A stretch of 64,000 nucleotides of DNA, from the NCBI GenBank assembly GCA_963796125.1, contig CAWCKM010000018.1:1951-65950 (forward strand). Direction: 5' to 3'. This document shows, piece after piece, positions 18,699 through 32,715 of this stretch. Under the pieces are notes generated by a model. It made no database searches, was not told the DNA's origin, and was given only the letters and a program-made list of their open reading frames with translations. Position 1 is the stretch's first letter. Each line of letters begins with the position of its first letter. Origin of the DNA: Nitrospirota bacterium (GTDB lineage: Bacteria > Nitrospirota > Thermodesulfovibrionia > Thermodesulfovibrionales > SM23-35). Position numbers and translations under genes: made by a program.

Positions 18699-20174
18699 AT
18701 GAGAACAAAATATCTATTAATTGTTTTGATGGTTATGGTTTTAATGGTAATAGGTTACAGTGCAATGGCAGTTACTGAAAAGTCATCGACCCAACCAGAT
18801 AGATGACAAAAAGGCTGGAGCTCTTTCTACCGGACTGGAAGATCAGACAGGTGTTGCAGTAACGATCTACAATGTCAACCTCGGGCTTGTGAAAGACCAG
18901 AGGGAGATAAAACTCTTAAAGGGTCAGGAGAGTTAAGGTTCATGGATGTGGCATCACAGATAATCCCTACAAGTGTACATATAAAATCTCTCATAGACCC
19001 TGACAGCCTTCAGATTCTTGAACAGAACTATGAGTATGACCTGCTCAATCCTCAGAAACTCCTCGATAAATATGTGGGCAAAGAAGTAAAACTTTACTAC
19101 AAGAACCCATATACTGAGAGAGAAGAGATTGTAACAGCGACTCTTCTATCGAATAATGGCGGCCCAATATTTAAAATCGGTGATGAGATAACCTTCGGGC
19201 ATCCTGGAAGGATAATATTCCCCGGTGTTCCGGAGAATCTCATCTCAAAACCAACCCTTGTCTGGCTCATCGACAATGATCTCTCTACAAATCAAAAGGT
19301 TGAGGCATCATATCTGACAAATGGTATCAACTGGCGGGCTGATTATGTTGTGACACTGAATGACAAGGATGATAAGGCAGATCTTTCAGGCTGGGTCACC
19401 ATTGATAACAAGAGCGGCACAACTTATAAGAACGCAAAACTCAAACTCGTTGCAGGAGATGTAAACAGGGTTAAAGATGAATCTGAATATAAAGACAAGA
19501 TGCTCCGTGTAGCAGAGATGGCAGCAGCAAAGGCACCTGCTCAGTTTCAAGAAGAAGAATTTTTTGAATACCACATATATACCCTGCAGAGACCGTCAAC
19601 GATTAAGGAAAACCAGACAAAACAGATAAGCCTCATCAATGCCGATACAATCCCGGTGAAGAAAGAACTCCTCTACTATGGTGCACGATATTATTACTAT
19701 AACCAGCATGGCGAGGCAATAACAAACGAGAAGGTTGGTGTGTTTGTGGAGATTGCAAATAAGAAAGAAGACAACCTTGGTATCCCCCTTCCAAAAGGCA
19801 CAGTCAGGGTCTACAAACATGACAATGAGGGAAGCCTTCAGTTTGTTGGAGAGGACTCAATAGACCATACACCAAAAGATGAGAAGGTCAGGATAAAGCT
19901 CGGAGACGCCTTTGATGTGGTCGGAAGCAGGAAGCAGACAGACTGGAAAAAGATTGCCTATGATACCTATGAGGCAAGCTTTGAAATCTCCCTTAGAAAT
20001 CATAAGAAAGAGGATGTTGTTGTAAAGGTTGTCGAGCCGATACCAGGAGACTGGAAAATGCTCAGCTCATCCCATGAGTATAAAAAAACAGAGGCATTCA
20101 CTGCAGAATTCAATATCCCTGTCCCAAAAGATAAGGAGACAAAGCTGACATACAGAGTAAGGATGAGATTTTAA
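18699..20174 (+). CDS. DUF4139-like secreted protein (frame-broken N-terminus)
   Basis: Signal peptide MRTKYLLIVLMVMVLMV begins at 18699. VAVTIYNVNLGLVKDQREIKLLKG lies in a second frame. The main ORF is 18942..20174. The family assignment is from memory of the VTIYN...LVKD...YEYDLL pattern. Confidence 0.6.
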
Positions 20175-20179
20175 AACAC

Positions 20180-20459
20180 ACCCCTTTCCCCTCCTTCTCT
20201 GGCCCTCCCCCATCAAGGGGGAGGGAACATTAACCCCTCCTTTGCCTCCCCTTAGACTAGAGGGGACGGTGTAGGTGAACTTGGTCAGCGTCTAACAAAA
20301 TGACTACCTTATCCACTCATCCCTTCCGGTGACATAAGTCGACCGTCATCCCCCTCGTTGACTTAATAGAGATGTAACGAGGCAGAAAATCTCCCCTCAC
20401 CCCTCTTTGCCAAAGAGGGGAATTCCTCCCTTTGGAAAAGGGAGGTAAGGAGGGATTTT
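20180..20459. repeat. cluster of C/G-run hairpin repeats
   Basis: CCCTCCCCCATCAAGGGGGAGGG, CCCCTCTTTGCCAAAGAGGGG and CCTCCCTTTGGAAAAGGGAGGTAAGGAGGGATTTT. Same modules as at 55357-55468. Confidence 0.7.
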
Positions 20460-20498
20460 TAATGCACAAAAATTCATTTTGTTAGACTCTTAAGCTCT

Positions 20499-22143
20499 GT
20501 GAAAAAAGAAATCGTAAAGACAATTGAAACTGCTTTAAAAAACCTCGGCATCGAATCGATACCGGCTATTGAGGTGGAAGTCCCTCCCGAGAGAATCCAT
20601 GGGCGATCTGGCAACGACTGTTGCAATGTCTCTTGCAGGAATAATGAAAAAGCCTCCAAGAGAAATAGCAAAAGATCTTTTCAACTCTATAAGGGATGAA
20701 GCAACTTTCGAAAAGATAGAGATTGCCGGTCCCGGTTTTATCAACTTTACCTTCTCAAAAAATTTCCTGTATTCAAAGCTTAAAAAGATAATCCGCGATA
20801 AAGAGAATGTTTTAAGGGAGGATGTAGGGAAGGGAAAAACAGTGCAAATTGAATTTGTCAGTGCAAACCCCACAGGTCCCCTTCACCTTGGACACGGCAG
20901 GGGCGCTGCCACAGGTCAGGCACTCTGTAACCTCTTAAGAGCTGCCGGCTATAAGGTAGAACGGGAATACTACATAAATGATGCGGGAAAACAGGTAAAG
21001 CTCCTTGGCCTATCAGTGTTTGCACGTTACAAGGAATTGCTTGGAACAGAATATCCCTTTCCGGAAGAAGGCTACAAAGGAGACTACGTTGAAGAGATCG
21101 CTCAGGAAATAATCAATAAAGTGAGCGACAAATTCATCAAGACAGACTTTGAAAAAGCATCGGATTTTTTTATTGACTATTCGTATGCGTTGATGCTTTC
21201 CCGTATTAAAAGAGATTTGGAAGATTTCAGCATCGGGTTCGATACATGGCAGAGTGAAAGAGAACTCTTCAGCAAAGGAGATGTGGAGAAAGCTATCAAT
21301 GACCTCAGGGCAAAGGGTTTCATCTACGAAAAAGATGGTGCAACCTGGTTCAGGTCAACAGCATTCGGAGACGACAAAGACAGGGTGATTATCAAACAGG
21401 ATGGCGAGTATACCTATTTCACTTCTGATATTGCCTATCACAGGAAAAAGGTAGAAAAGCATTATGATGAGCTTATCGATATTTGGGGAGCTGACCATCA
21501 CGGTTATATACCAAGGGTAAAGGCCGTTATCGAGGCCCTCGGTTATCCTCAGGAGAAACTGAAAATTCTGCTTGTCCAGATGGTATCGCTCATGAGAGGC
21601 GGCAAACCCGTGCAGATGTCAAAGAGGGCAGGTGAATTTGTGACCTTGAGAGAGGTAATGGATGAGGTCGGTGTAGATACGACAAAGTTCATATTCCTGA
21701 CAAGAAGACCCGACAGTCATCTTGAGTTTGACATTGAGGTCGCAAAGTCTCAGTCTTCAGAAAACCCCGTCTTCTATGTCCAGTATGCGAATGCACGAAT
21801 AAACAGTATTTTTGCACACGCAAAGGAAAAAGGCTTCAGCACAGAAGGTCTCTGCGATGCAGACCTTGAACTACTCTCCGCTCCTGAGGAAATGAGGATA
21901 ATCAGGAAGCTTCTCATATACCCCATGGTCTTCGAGGGAGCTGCCACTTCTCATGAACCGCACAGGATTACTTTCTACCTTCAGGAACTCTCAGGCATTT
22001 TCCATCCCTACTACAATAAATACAGGGTTGTTGACAGCGACAGAGAGCTAAGCAAGGCACGGCTTGCACTGTGCGAGGCTGTCAGGATAGTGCTCAGGGA
22101 TGGCCTCACCATACTCGGTATCAGTACACCTGAAAAGATGTAA
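20499..22143 (+). CDS. argS: arginyl-tRNA synthetase
   Basis: ANPTGPLHLGHGRGA is the HIGH motif. The N-terminus lies in track ORF 20499..20699. The frame break is at the GGG run at 20601-20603 (CATGGGCGATCTGG; removing one G restores ...ERIHGDLATTVAM). Confidence 0.9.
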
Positions 22144-22180
22144 TTGTGAATATGCATTCAGGCTGGTATAATAGTAACCC

Positions 22181-23099
22181 ATGATAGCCAAAACAAAAAA
22201 GATATGGATGGATGGAAAATTCGTTGACTGGGATAAGGCATCAGTACATATTCTTACCCATACCCTTCATTACGGCCTTGGAGTCTTTGAAGGAATCCGC
22301 TGCTATGAAACTGAAACAGGGCCTGCGGTATTCAGACTTGATGAACATATCGATCGGCTCTTCAATTCTGCCCGCATATTCCTGATGGACATCCCCTATG
22401 CAAAGAAAGACATTAAAAAATGCGGTTATTGAAACAGTACAAATAAATAAGATTAAAGAATGCTATATCAGGCCTCTCGTCTATATAGGCTATGGAGCAA
22501 TGGGCCTCTATGCGCCAAAGAATCCCATTAACGTCTCTATTGCCGTATGGCCATGGGGAGCATACCTCGGCGACAAAGGACTGAAGAACGGCATCACGGG
22601 TCAAGACTTCATCCTTTATCACAAACCATGTGAATTCAAACATGTCAAGAGGTAAGGTTTGCGGCTATTATGTAAATTCACAACTTGCCAAGAAAGAGGC
22701 GATATCATGCGGATATGACGAAGCCCTTTTACTCGACACAGAAGGTTATGTGTCTGAGGGAAGCGGTGAGAATATTTTTATCGTAAGGAAGGGAATTCTG
22801 AAAACTACACCTCTTACCTCAATCCTTGAAGGAATAACACGGAGACAGCATCATCAGGATAGCACATGATGAAGGCATAGAGGTCATAGAAGAAAGGTTC
22901 ACAAGGGACGAACTTTATATCTCTGATGAGGCCTTTTTTACAGGTACAGCAGCAGAGGTTACCCCTATCCGACTGGTTGATGGAAGGAACATTGGTACCG
23001 GCAGACCAGGGCAAGATAACAAAGAGACTTCAGTCTCTATTTTTCAGTATTGTAAAGGGCAGGAATAAGAAGTATGAATCGTGGCTGACAAGGGTTTAG
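22181..23099 (+). CDS. ilvE: branched-chain amino acid aminotransferase (multiple frame breaks)
   Basis: [35 protein letters not shown]... The gene is split over 22181.., 22398.., 22630.. and a fourth frame ([15 protein letters not shown]). Confidence 0.85.
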
Positions 23100-23105
23100 G
23101 ATACT

Positions 23106-23597
23106 TCAGTATTCAATAAAGGTGCGCAGCAAAGCTGCGCACCCTTTTTTATTTATTTCTTTTCCTCCGGCATTGCGCCTTCTTGTTTCATCTCTCTTGG
23201 CTTCATTTCTTCTTTCAGGTTTCTTTCTCTTCGGCTTCATTTCTTCTTTCTTATGGCACTTTGCGCAGTCTGACCCTTCCTGCCAACCAAATACCTTTGT
23301 ACCGCCTACTTCCTTTGTTCCATCATGACATGTTCCACAGTATTTTCCTGCTACATGGTCTTCCTTTGTGACCTTAACACAACCTTCAGTACCCGGTTTT
23401 TTCATCGCAAAAGGAGTGTTGCCTTTGTGACACTCCATGCATTTACCCGGACCAAGTTTCGCATTGTGAAGCTTTCCATCAAAAGTGACTTTCCCTAAAT
23501 CACCGCCTTTGTACTCAAGGACATTCATCCCTGCAAATGCTGATGCAACAAGAGCAAATGCTGCCATTACTCCTAAAAAGATCTTAAATAATCTCAC
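23106..23597 (-). CDS. small trihaem c-type cytochrome with basic C-terminal tail
   Basis: Signal peptide present. Three CxxCH motifs (CMECH, CGTCH, CAKCH). The predicted C-terminus reads through the terminator hairpin, so the 3' end is uncertain. Confidence 0.75.
   Translation of the reverse strand: MRLFKIFLGVMAAFALVASAFAGMNVLEYKGGDLGKVTFDGKLHNAKLGPGKCMECHKGNTPFAMKKPGTEGCVKVTKEDHVAGKYCGTCHDGTKEVGGTKVFGWQEGSDCAKCHKKEEMKPKRKKPERRNEAKRDETRRRNAGGKEINKKGCAALLRTFIEY
23121..23150 (+). terminator. rho-independent terminator (hairpin shared by convergent ilvE and the cytochrome gene)
   Basis: GGTGCGCAGCaaaGCTGCGCACC followed by CTTTTTT. Confidence 0.7.
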
Positions 23598-23852
23598 TAT
23601 TCTTCACCTCCTTTCATAAACTTCATTCCGAACAATTATATAACAAATACTATGCCAGTATAACTCCTGCAATTAATCAACCATATTTTACTGACATCGA
23701 TTCCTTAAATAAGGAAATCTGCCTTTTTAAGGAATCAATATTCTTTTTAACTTTAATGAAACAAGAAGAGGATAGTCAAGTGGAGCACGTATCCCAATTG
23801 CTTTATATACTATTTACATGTTAGGATTTATAATTATTTTTCAGGAGATCAT

Positions 23853-25314
<1,462 letters not shown>

Positions 25315-25396
25315 GAACAGTCATTTGTCAACAGTCAATAGTTGATAGTCAAAAAAACACCCTCACAATAGAAACTCATTGAAGAAGAATTGAGCA

Positions 25397-26941
25397 ATGA
25401 CTCAGACCGAAAAGATTTTAGTCCTTGATTTCGGTTCCCAGTACACTCAGCTCATTGCGAGGCGTGTCAGAGAATGCAAGGTTTATTCGGAAATATTTCC
25501 CTTTAATGCCTCCATTCGAAAAGATAAAGAACTTTAACCCAAAAGGGATCATTCTTTCAGGAGGCCCTTCAAGCGTTTATGATAAGAATGCACCAATCCT
25601 TGATATAGAAGATCTTTGAGCTTGGAATACCTGTGCTCGGTATCTGTTACGGCATGCAGCTCATGGCCCATCTTTTCGGTGGAAAAGTAGCAAAGGCAGC
25701 AAAAAGAGAATATGGGAAGGCAGAGCTCATTATTGACAACAGGATGAGCATTTTTGATGGAATCCCAAATAAAACCACTGTCTGGATGAGCCACGGAGAC
25801 AGGATCATAAAGTATCCCTCTTCTTTTAAACCAATAGCACATACGTCCAACTCACCTGTTGCTGCAATGGCAGATCAAAAGAAAGGATTATATGCATTGC
25901 AGTTTCACCCCGAAGTTATACATACACCAAAAGGTTTTGAGATCCTCAGGAACTTTCTCTTCAAGGTATGCAAATGCAAGCCTGTATGGACGATGAAATC
26001 CTTCATAGAGTCAGCTACAGAAGATATACGGGAAAAGGCCGGCAGGAAAAAAGTTGTATGCGGTATAAGCGGAGGGGTTGATTCTTCTGTAACAGCAGTA
26101 CTGGTTCACAAAGCCATAGGAGACCATCTTACGTGCATCTTCGTAGACAATGGAGTCCTCAGGGCAGGAGAGGCTAAGAAGGTTGAGGAAACTCTGAGGA
26201 AACACTTCCGTATGAAGATACATTGCGTAGATGCCTCTGAACGGTTTTTGAACAGGTTAAAAGGTGTGACTGATCCTGAGGTAAAGAGGAAACGCATTGG
26301 GAACGAATTCATAAAGGTCTTTGAAGAAGAGGCAACAACGATAAAGGGAGTGAAGTTCCTTGCTCAGGGAACATTGTACCCAGATGTAATCGAAAGTGTT
26401 CCCTTTAAAGGTCCTTCTGCTACTATTAAAAGTCATCATAATGTCGGGGGACTCCTGAAGAGGATGAAACTGAAACTCATTGAACCCCTCAGGGAACTAT
26501 TCAAGGATGAAGTACGTGTTTTAGGAAAGGAACTTGGGTTACCTGATGAGATAATAAACCGGCATCCTTTTCCCGGACCCGGTCTCGCCATAAGGGTCAT
26601 CGGAGAGGTTACAAAGGAAAGGTGTGATATATTGAGGAAGGCAGATACCATAGTCCTTGGATGAGATAAAAAAGGCAAGACTGTACACAGAACTCTGGCA
26701 GTCCTTTGCTGTGCTCCTTCCTGTTAAAAGTGTTGGGGTTATGGGTGATGAGAGGACATACGAAAATGTGATCGCTGTCAGGGCTGTAAAGAGCCTCGAC
26801 GGTATGACTGCAGACTGGGCAAGGATTCCCCATGATGTTCTCGGGATTATTTCAAACAGGATAATAAATGAGGTAAAAGGCGTTAACAGGGTGGTTTACG
26901 ATATAAGCTCGAAACCACCAAGTACTATAGAGTGGGAGTAA
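25397..26941 (+). CDS. guaA: GMP synthase (glutamine-hydrolysing), multiple frame breaks
   Basis: [20 protein letters not shown] from the ATG at 25397. [15 protein letters not shown], and C-terminal ...[14 protein letters not shown]. Split over at least four track ORFs. Confidence 0.92.
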
Positions 26942-26986
26942 AACGTAATGCGTTATGAGTAACGTGTTAACAAGTTAGATACGCTA

Positions 26987-27930
26987 ATGGATATAGAGAC
27001 TTATCTGAAAGAAAAACGTGAACTAATTGATTCTTACCTGGAGTCATATTTCAGTATTCCTGCCGAACCTTCACTCCTCCATGAGGCAATGCGGTATTCC
27101 CTTTTTGCAGGAGGCAAAAGAATCCGCCCTATCCTTGCCCTTTCAGCTTACGAAGCATGTGGAAGAGACCCCAAAAATATTATCCCTTATGCTTCAGCGC
27201 TCGAACTTATACATACCTATTCTCTTATCCATGATGACCTGCCTTCCATGGATAATGACGACCTGAGAAGAGGAAAATCAACAAACCATAAAGTATTCGG
27301 TGAAGCTATTGCCATTCTTGCAGGCGATGCCCTTCTCACAGAGGCATTCTTAATGCTGACGAATAATTCCCTTTTCCCCCCCTTAGTAAAGGGGGAGAGA
27401 GAGGGGTTAAAGGGGGTAAGGGGAGATTACATGATGAAATAAAATCATCCTCCTTATTAAAAGCAATAAGGGAGGTTGCTCTTTCTTCCGGCGTTCACGG
27501 CATGGTAGGAGGTCAGGCCATGGATATTTTGTCAGAGAACTCAAAACCTGATAGAGATACCCTTACCTTTATCCACACTCATAAAACAGCAGCTCTCATA
27601 ACAGCATCTGTGAGAATGGGAGGAATACTTGCTGACAGTGATGTAAATACTTTGAAGGCTCTTACAAAGTATGGAGAAAGAATAGGACTTGCTTTCCAGA
27701 TTACTGACGATATCCTTAATGTTGAAGGCAATACCGAGGAACTTGGAAAAGCGGCAGGTTCAGATGCTAAAATGAAGAAAATGACCTATCCGGCATTTTA
27801 TGGAATTGAGAAGTCACGACAAGAAGCCGAAAATTTAGTCGCAGAGGCGATAGATGCACTTGCTCTATTTTCTTCTGATGCAGACCCATTGAGAGCAATC
27901 GCCCGCTACCTCATACAAAGGAGAGTTTGA
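26987..27930 (+). CDS. ispA: (2E,6E)-farnesyl/geranylgeranyl diphosphate synthase, interrupted by a miniature repeat
   Basis: [17 protein letters not shown] (first DDxxD) and FQITDDILN (second). The two halves (26987..27442 and 27502..27930) are in different frames on either side of the repeat at 27368-27428. Confidence 0.88.
27368..27428. repeat. C/G-run hairpin repeat inserted in ispA
   Basis: TTCCCTTTTCCCCCCCCTTAGTAAAGGGGGAGAGAGAGGGGTTAAAGGGGGTAAGGGGAGATT. Confidence 0.7.
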
Positions 27931-29813
27931 TGTATCTGGAATCAATCAAAAGTCCATCAGATCTCAAAAGTCTCTCGATTGCAGAGCTCAAAGTGGCTTG
28001 CAAAAGAGATACGTGAGAACAATATTACGAAAATGTATCAGCAAATGGAGGCCATCTCGCCTCAAACCTTGGTATAGTTGAATTGGCAATCGCTCTCCAT
28101 TATGTATTCAATTCACCTGTAGATAAAATCATATGGGATGTGGGTCATCAGTGTTATCCCCATAAACTCCTCACAGGAAGATACAAAAGATTTTCTACGC
28201 TCAGACAATATGGAGGCATCTCCGGCTTTCCCAAAAGAAATGAGAGTGAACATGATGCCTTCGGTACCGGACATAGTTCCACTTCAATATCAGCGGCTCT
28301 CGGAATAATCGAAGGAAGAGATAAGAAAAAAGAGAACTTTCAAGGTCATAGCTGTTATCGGTGATGGAGCAATGTCTGCCGGGCTTGCTTTCGAAGGATT
28401 AAACAATGCCGGTCACCTCAAGAAAGATCTTATTGTCATCTTAAATGACAATGAAATGTCTATATCCAAAGAATGTTGGTGCTCTCTCTGCATACCTCAA
28501 CAGAATACTGACGGGAGAATTCTATCAGAAATTCAAAAGAGAGACAAAATCTTTCCTCGAAGGAATTCCGAAACTGGGGAAGAGGGCTGCAAGGATAGCT
28601 CAGAGGACAGAGGAGATGCTTAAAGGACTTTTCCTTCCCGGAATCATCTTTGAAGAACTCGGGTTTAATTATATCGGTCCCATAGATGGTCATAACATAG
28701 AGCTTTTAATCGAGACCTTCAAGAGGATAAAAGGAGCAGACATCCCCTACCCTGATACATGCTGTAACAAAAAAGGGAAAGGGTTATAAGTTTTCAGAGA
28801 AAAGACCGTCTTTTTTTCATGGGGTTGGTCCTTTCAAAGTCGAGACAGGATCAATCATCACAGGAGGCGGGTCTACCTATAGTGAAACCTTTGGCAGGAT
28901 TCTGACAGACCTTGCTGCAAAAGATGAGAGGATCGTCGCTATTTCAGCAGCGATGAAAGAAGGCACCGGTCTGAGAGAGTTTGCAGAAAGATACCCGGAC
29001 AGATTCTATGATGTCGGCATTGCTGAACCTCATGCAGTAACCTTCGCAGCAGGACTTGCCACGCAAGGCTTACGGCCTGTCGTAGCCATCTATTCAACCT
29101 TTCTTCAGAGGGCCTATGATGAGATTGTCCATGATGTCTGTCTCCAGAACCTCCCTGTTGTTTTTGCTATCGACAGGGCTGGCATTGTTGGAGAAGACGG
29201 ACCTACCCATAACGGTCTCCTCGACCTGTCATATCTCAGACATATCCCGAATATTGTAGTGATGGCGCCGAAAGATTCTTTTGAACTAAAGGTCATGTTT
29301 GAGCTTGCCCTGCAACATGACGGCCCGTCAGCCATACGGTATCCGAGAGGAAACGTACCCAGCTTTCCTCATTCTTTATATATGCCTTTCCATATTGGAG
29401 AGGCTGAAATTCTTAAGGATGGAGATGAGATTGCTATAATAGCCCTTGGTAATTCTGTCTATCCAGCCGTGTTTGCTGCTGAGCGGCTATACAAGGATGG
29501 TGTAAGCGCGATGGTTGTCAATGCACGGTTTGCAAAACCCCTGGACTGTAATCTCCTGATCTCAACAGCTTCACGGATTAAAAAGATTATCACCGTGGAA
29601 GATAACACCCTGAGCGGTGGTTTTGGCAGTGCTGTGCTTGAATTTCTGAATGATGCAGAGATTCCACATGTAAAAGTCCGTCGACTTGGATTACCGGATG
29701 AATTTATTTGCCAGGGTCATCTTGATGAACTGAGAAAAAAATATGGTCTCGATGAAGAAGGCATATATCAATCCGCACTCTCTCTCCTCAAAGAACCAAC
29801 ATATAGCCATTGA
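27930..29813 (+). CDS. dxs: 1-deoxy-D-xylulose-5-phosphate synthase (multiple frame breaks)
   Basis: The ATG at 27930 overlaps the ispA stop. [31 protein letters not shown], and C-terminal transketolase-like domains. Split over at least five track ORFs. Confidence 0.92.
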
Positions 29814-30595
29814 AGGAAAGATTGGATAAAATTCTCGTCTCAAGAGGGCTTGTAAAATCCAGGGAATTAGCAAAGGCTTTCATTATGGAGGGAAAGGTCT
29901 TTGTGGAGGGCAATAAGATAACAAAGGCCGGTACCCTTGTCAGCGATACTGCAGAGATATCCCTCAGAGAAGGAGTCATGCCTTACGTCAGCAGGGGGGG
30001 CATCAAGCTTGAGGCGGCTATTGATTTCTTCAGCATCGACGTCACCGGGAAGATTATTATGGATGTTGGTTCAGGGACAGGTGGATTTACAGACTGTTTA
30101 CTGAAAAAAGGAGCACAGAAAGTTTACTGCATAGATGTAGGATATGGACAGCTTGCATGGCCTTTGAGAAAAGATCAGAGAGTTGTGCTTATGGAAAGAC
30201 TGAATGTAAGATATCTCGACAGAATAATCCGGGATCAGGAGCAAAGGTTCATGGGTACTGAGTTTGAAGATCTTAGGAAAAGTAATATTGATATGGTCAC
30301 GATGGATGTTTCTTTTATTTCCCTGACCAAGGTAATGCCTGCAGTTCTCGGATGTATCAAGGCAGAAGGTAGAATACTTGCCCTTGTAAAACCTCAGTTT
30401 GAGGTAGGGAAAGGAGAGGTAGGGAAAGGTGGTATTGTAAGAGAAGAAGAAAAGAGATTGAAAGCTGTTGAAAACATCCGGAAAGAGTTAGAAGGCCTCA
30501 GCCTGAGAACAATGGGAGTCTTTCAATCTCCTTTGCCTGGAAGGAGTGGTAACATAGAATACTTTTTATATATGACGAAACATACATGCAAATAG
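29810..30595 (+). CDS. tlyA: TlyA-family rRNA (cytidine-2'-O)-methyltransferase
   Basis: S4-like N-terminus (RLDKILVSRGLVKSRELAKAFI), PYVSRGGIKL, and the SAM motif DVGSGTGGFTD. The ispA-dxs-tlyA order is conserved. Confidence 0.85.
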   Translation: MKERLDKILVSRGLVKSRELAKAFIMEGKVFVEGNKITKAGTLVSDTAEISLREGVMPYVSRGGIKLEAAIDFFSIDVTGKIIMDVGSGTGGFTDCLLKKGAQKVYCIDVGYGQLAWPLRKDQRVVLMERLNVRYLDRIIRDQEQRFMGTEFEDLRKSNIDMVTMDVSFISLTKVMPAVLGCIKAEGRILALVKPQFEVGKGEVGKGGIVREEEKRLKAVENIRKELEGLSLRTMGVFQSPLPGRSGNIEYFLYMTKHTCK

Positions 30596-30631
30596 CTACT
30601 AAGAATCATAATTATGACGACATTGTTAAAT

Positions 30632-30731
30632 AAATCCCTCTAACCTCCCTTTGTCAAGGCAGGCAATATCCCTCTCTTTGGCAAAGATTCTCGCGGCGAG
30701 AGGGGAGATTCCAGACAAGCTGGATATGACA
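30632..30731. repeat. composite miniature repeat (C/G-run hairpins + ...ATGACA end)
   Basis: AAATCCCTCTAACCTCCCTTTGTCAAGG...CCCTCTCTTTGGCAAAGA...GAGGGGAGATTCCAGACAAGCTGGATATGACA. Confidence 0.6.
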
Positions 30732-30779
30732 GACACTTACTTCATAGACTAAAATAGGTTAAAAGTACAGGAGTTTGAA

Positions 30780-31454
30780 ATGGAAGAACAAAAACTTCTC
30801 GGAATAGATTTTTCGACTGCATCGCAAGAGTTAATTGAGGTTATCATTGAGGAATCCGAAGATCCATCAGTATTCACTGAAATCGCAAAAGCAAATATGA
30901 AAAGGCCTGAGATACTTAAGCTGCTCTTAGAAAGCCCTGATGTACCCGAAGAGGCAAGAAATCTTATAAGCGACACTTTACAGGTCCCTGTAGCATTCCA
31001 CGCAGAGGTTCCAAAGGTAAGGAAAACACCCGAGATGCGTTCACTGACACTCCTTCAGAGGATCCAGAGACTGAGTTTTGGCGAGAAGAGGCTCCTCGCT
31101 TTGAGAGGCGGAAAGGAAGTACGTTCCATTCTTATAAAAGATCCCAATAAAGAGATTGTGCTTGCTGTTTTAGACAACCCTAAAATCACGGAAACAGAAA
31201 TCGAGATCATAACAAAGTCACGGTCTGTGCCAGAGGAAGTCTTAAGAAAAATAATAAGGAAAAGAGAATGGATGAAAAACTATGTAATTGTCCTTTCTGT
31301 TGTTTCAAATCCGAAGACGCCAGCCGGCAATGCTGTGCCCCTTCTCAGTGAACTGAAAACAAAAGACCTCTCGATACTCACAAAAAGTAAAAATATCTCT
31401 GAAGCTGTCCGTGCCGCTTCAAAAAGACTTCTTCAAGCGAGAAAGGGCACTTGA
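30780..31454 (+). CDS. hypothetical protein (helical-repeat-like)
   Basis: 224-aa intact ORF. I recognise no catalytic motif. Confidence 0.4.
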   Translation: MEEQKLLGIDFSTASQELIEVIIEESEDPSVFTEIAKANMKRPEILKLLLESPDVPEEARNLISDTLQVPVAFHAEVPKVRKTPEMRSLTLLQRIQRLSFGEKRLLALRGGKEVRSILIKDPNKEIVLAVLDNPKITETEIEIITKSRSVPEEVLRKIIRKREWMKNYVIVLSVVSNPKTPAGNAVPLLSELKTKDLSILTKSKNISEAVRAASKRLLQARKGT

Positions 31455-31535
31455 AACCTGTTGCAATTTTTTCTTAGATACCTTTAAATAAAATCCAAAC
31501 AATTGTGTAAATGCCGGCAACATTAAAGGACCATT

Positions 31536-32700
31536 ATGCTGAGAACGTTCAAAGTAGAGAGACTCCATGCAAGCCTTATCCCTGAATCTACTCTGTTTAA
31601 GGTACTAAAATACCTTGATAGAGAAAAGATAGAAACACCCTTCCTTCTTATTGACAGTGACACAGTCCGGGAAAAAGTATCCCTCATTGGACAGCATATT
31701 AAGGACTCAAAGGTATTTTATGCTGTGAAGGCAAACCCTGACAGAAAGATCCTCAGATTCCTGAACGATCTTAACCTGGGTTTTGAAATATCCTCTGAGG
31801 GAGAACTGGAAATACTTGCGTCCCTCGGTGTAGGGCCCGAAAGGATTATATCAAGCAACCCTGTAAAATCTCTCAAGTTTTTGCGTCTGGCTTCCTCCTA
31901 CGGAATCAATTATTTTTCATATGATTCTGAAGACGAGATAGAAAAACTCTCAAACTATGCTCCTCACTGCAATGTGTATGTAAGGCTTTCCGTACCGAAC
32001 GAAGGCAGCGAGTGGCCCCTGAGCAAAAAGTTCGGCGTAGAACTCGATGAGGCTGCAGCTCTTCTGTCTGCTGCAAAAGAAAAAGGACTCAATCCGGTAG
32101 GAATTACTTTTCATGTTGGCTCTCAGTGCACAAATATTTACAACTGGCATATTGCCCTTGACAAGGCAAGGGCTTTGTGGGGTAAAGCCGAGAAGAATGG
32201 TATAAAACTGACCCTTCTTAATATCGGCGGCGGTTATCCGATAAATTACACAAAACATGTGATCAGTATCGATGCAATCGAGAAACAGGTAAACAACCTT
32301 ATTTATGACTATATTCCCTGAAGACGTTGAAATACATATCGAACCAGGCAGAGCAGTGGTTGGAGATGCCGGCGTATTGGTTACAACAGTAATTGGAAAA
32401 GCCTCCAGATCGGATGAAGACTGGCTTTATATAGACGTAGGCGTTTTTAACGGTCTGATGGAGAGCGTCGGTGGCATAACATACAGCTACATTGTAGAAA
32501 GCTATAAACATGCAAGGTCTAAAAAGAGATGGACACTGGCAGGTCCGAGCTGTGACAGCTTCGATGTGATAGATAAAAATGTAGCTCTCCCGGAACCGAA
32601 CATTGGAAATCTGATTCTCATATTATCAAGTGGTGCCTATACTATATCCTATGCTTCGGAATTCAATGGCTTTTCAATACCAAAAACTATACTGATATAA
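31536..32700 (+). CDS. type III PLP-dependent decarboxylase (Orn/DAP/Arg / carboxynorspermidine decarboxylase family), one frame break
   Basis: FYAVKANPD (PLP lysine), HVGSQ, GGGYP, EPGRAVVGDAG. The break is near 32300. Sits next to two speE genes. Confidence 0.8.
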
Positions 32701-32715
32701 GGAAAGGATGAAACA

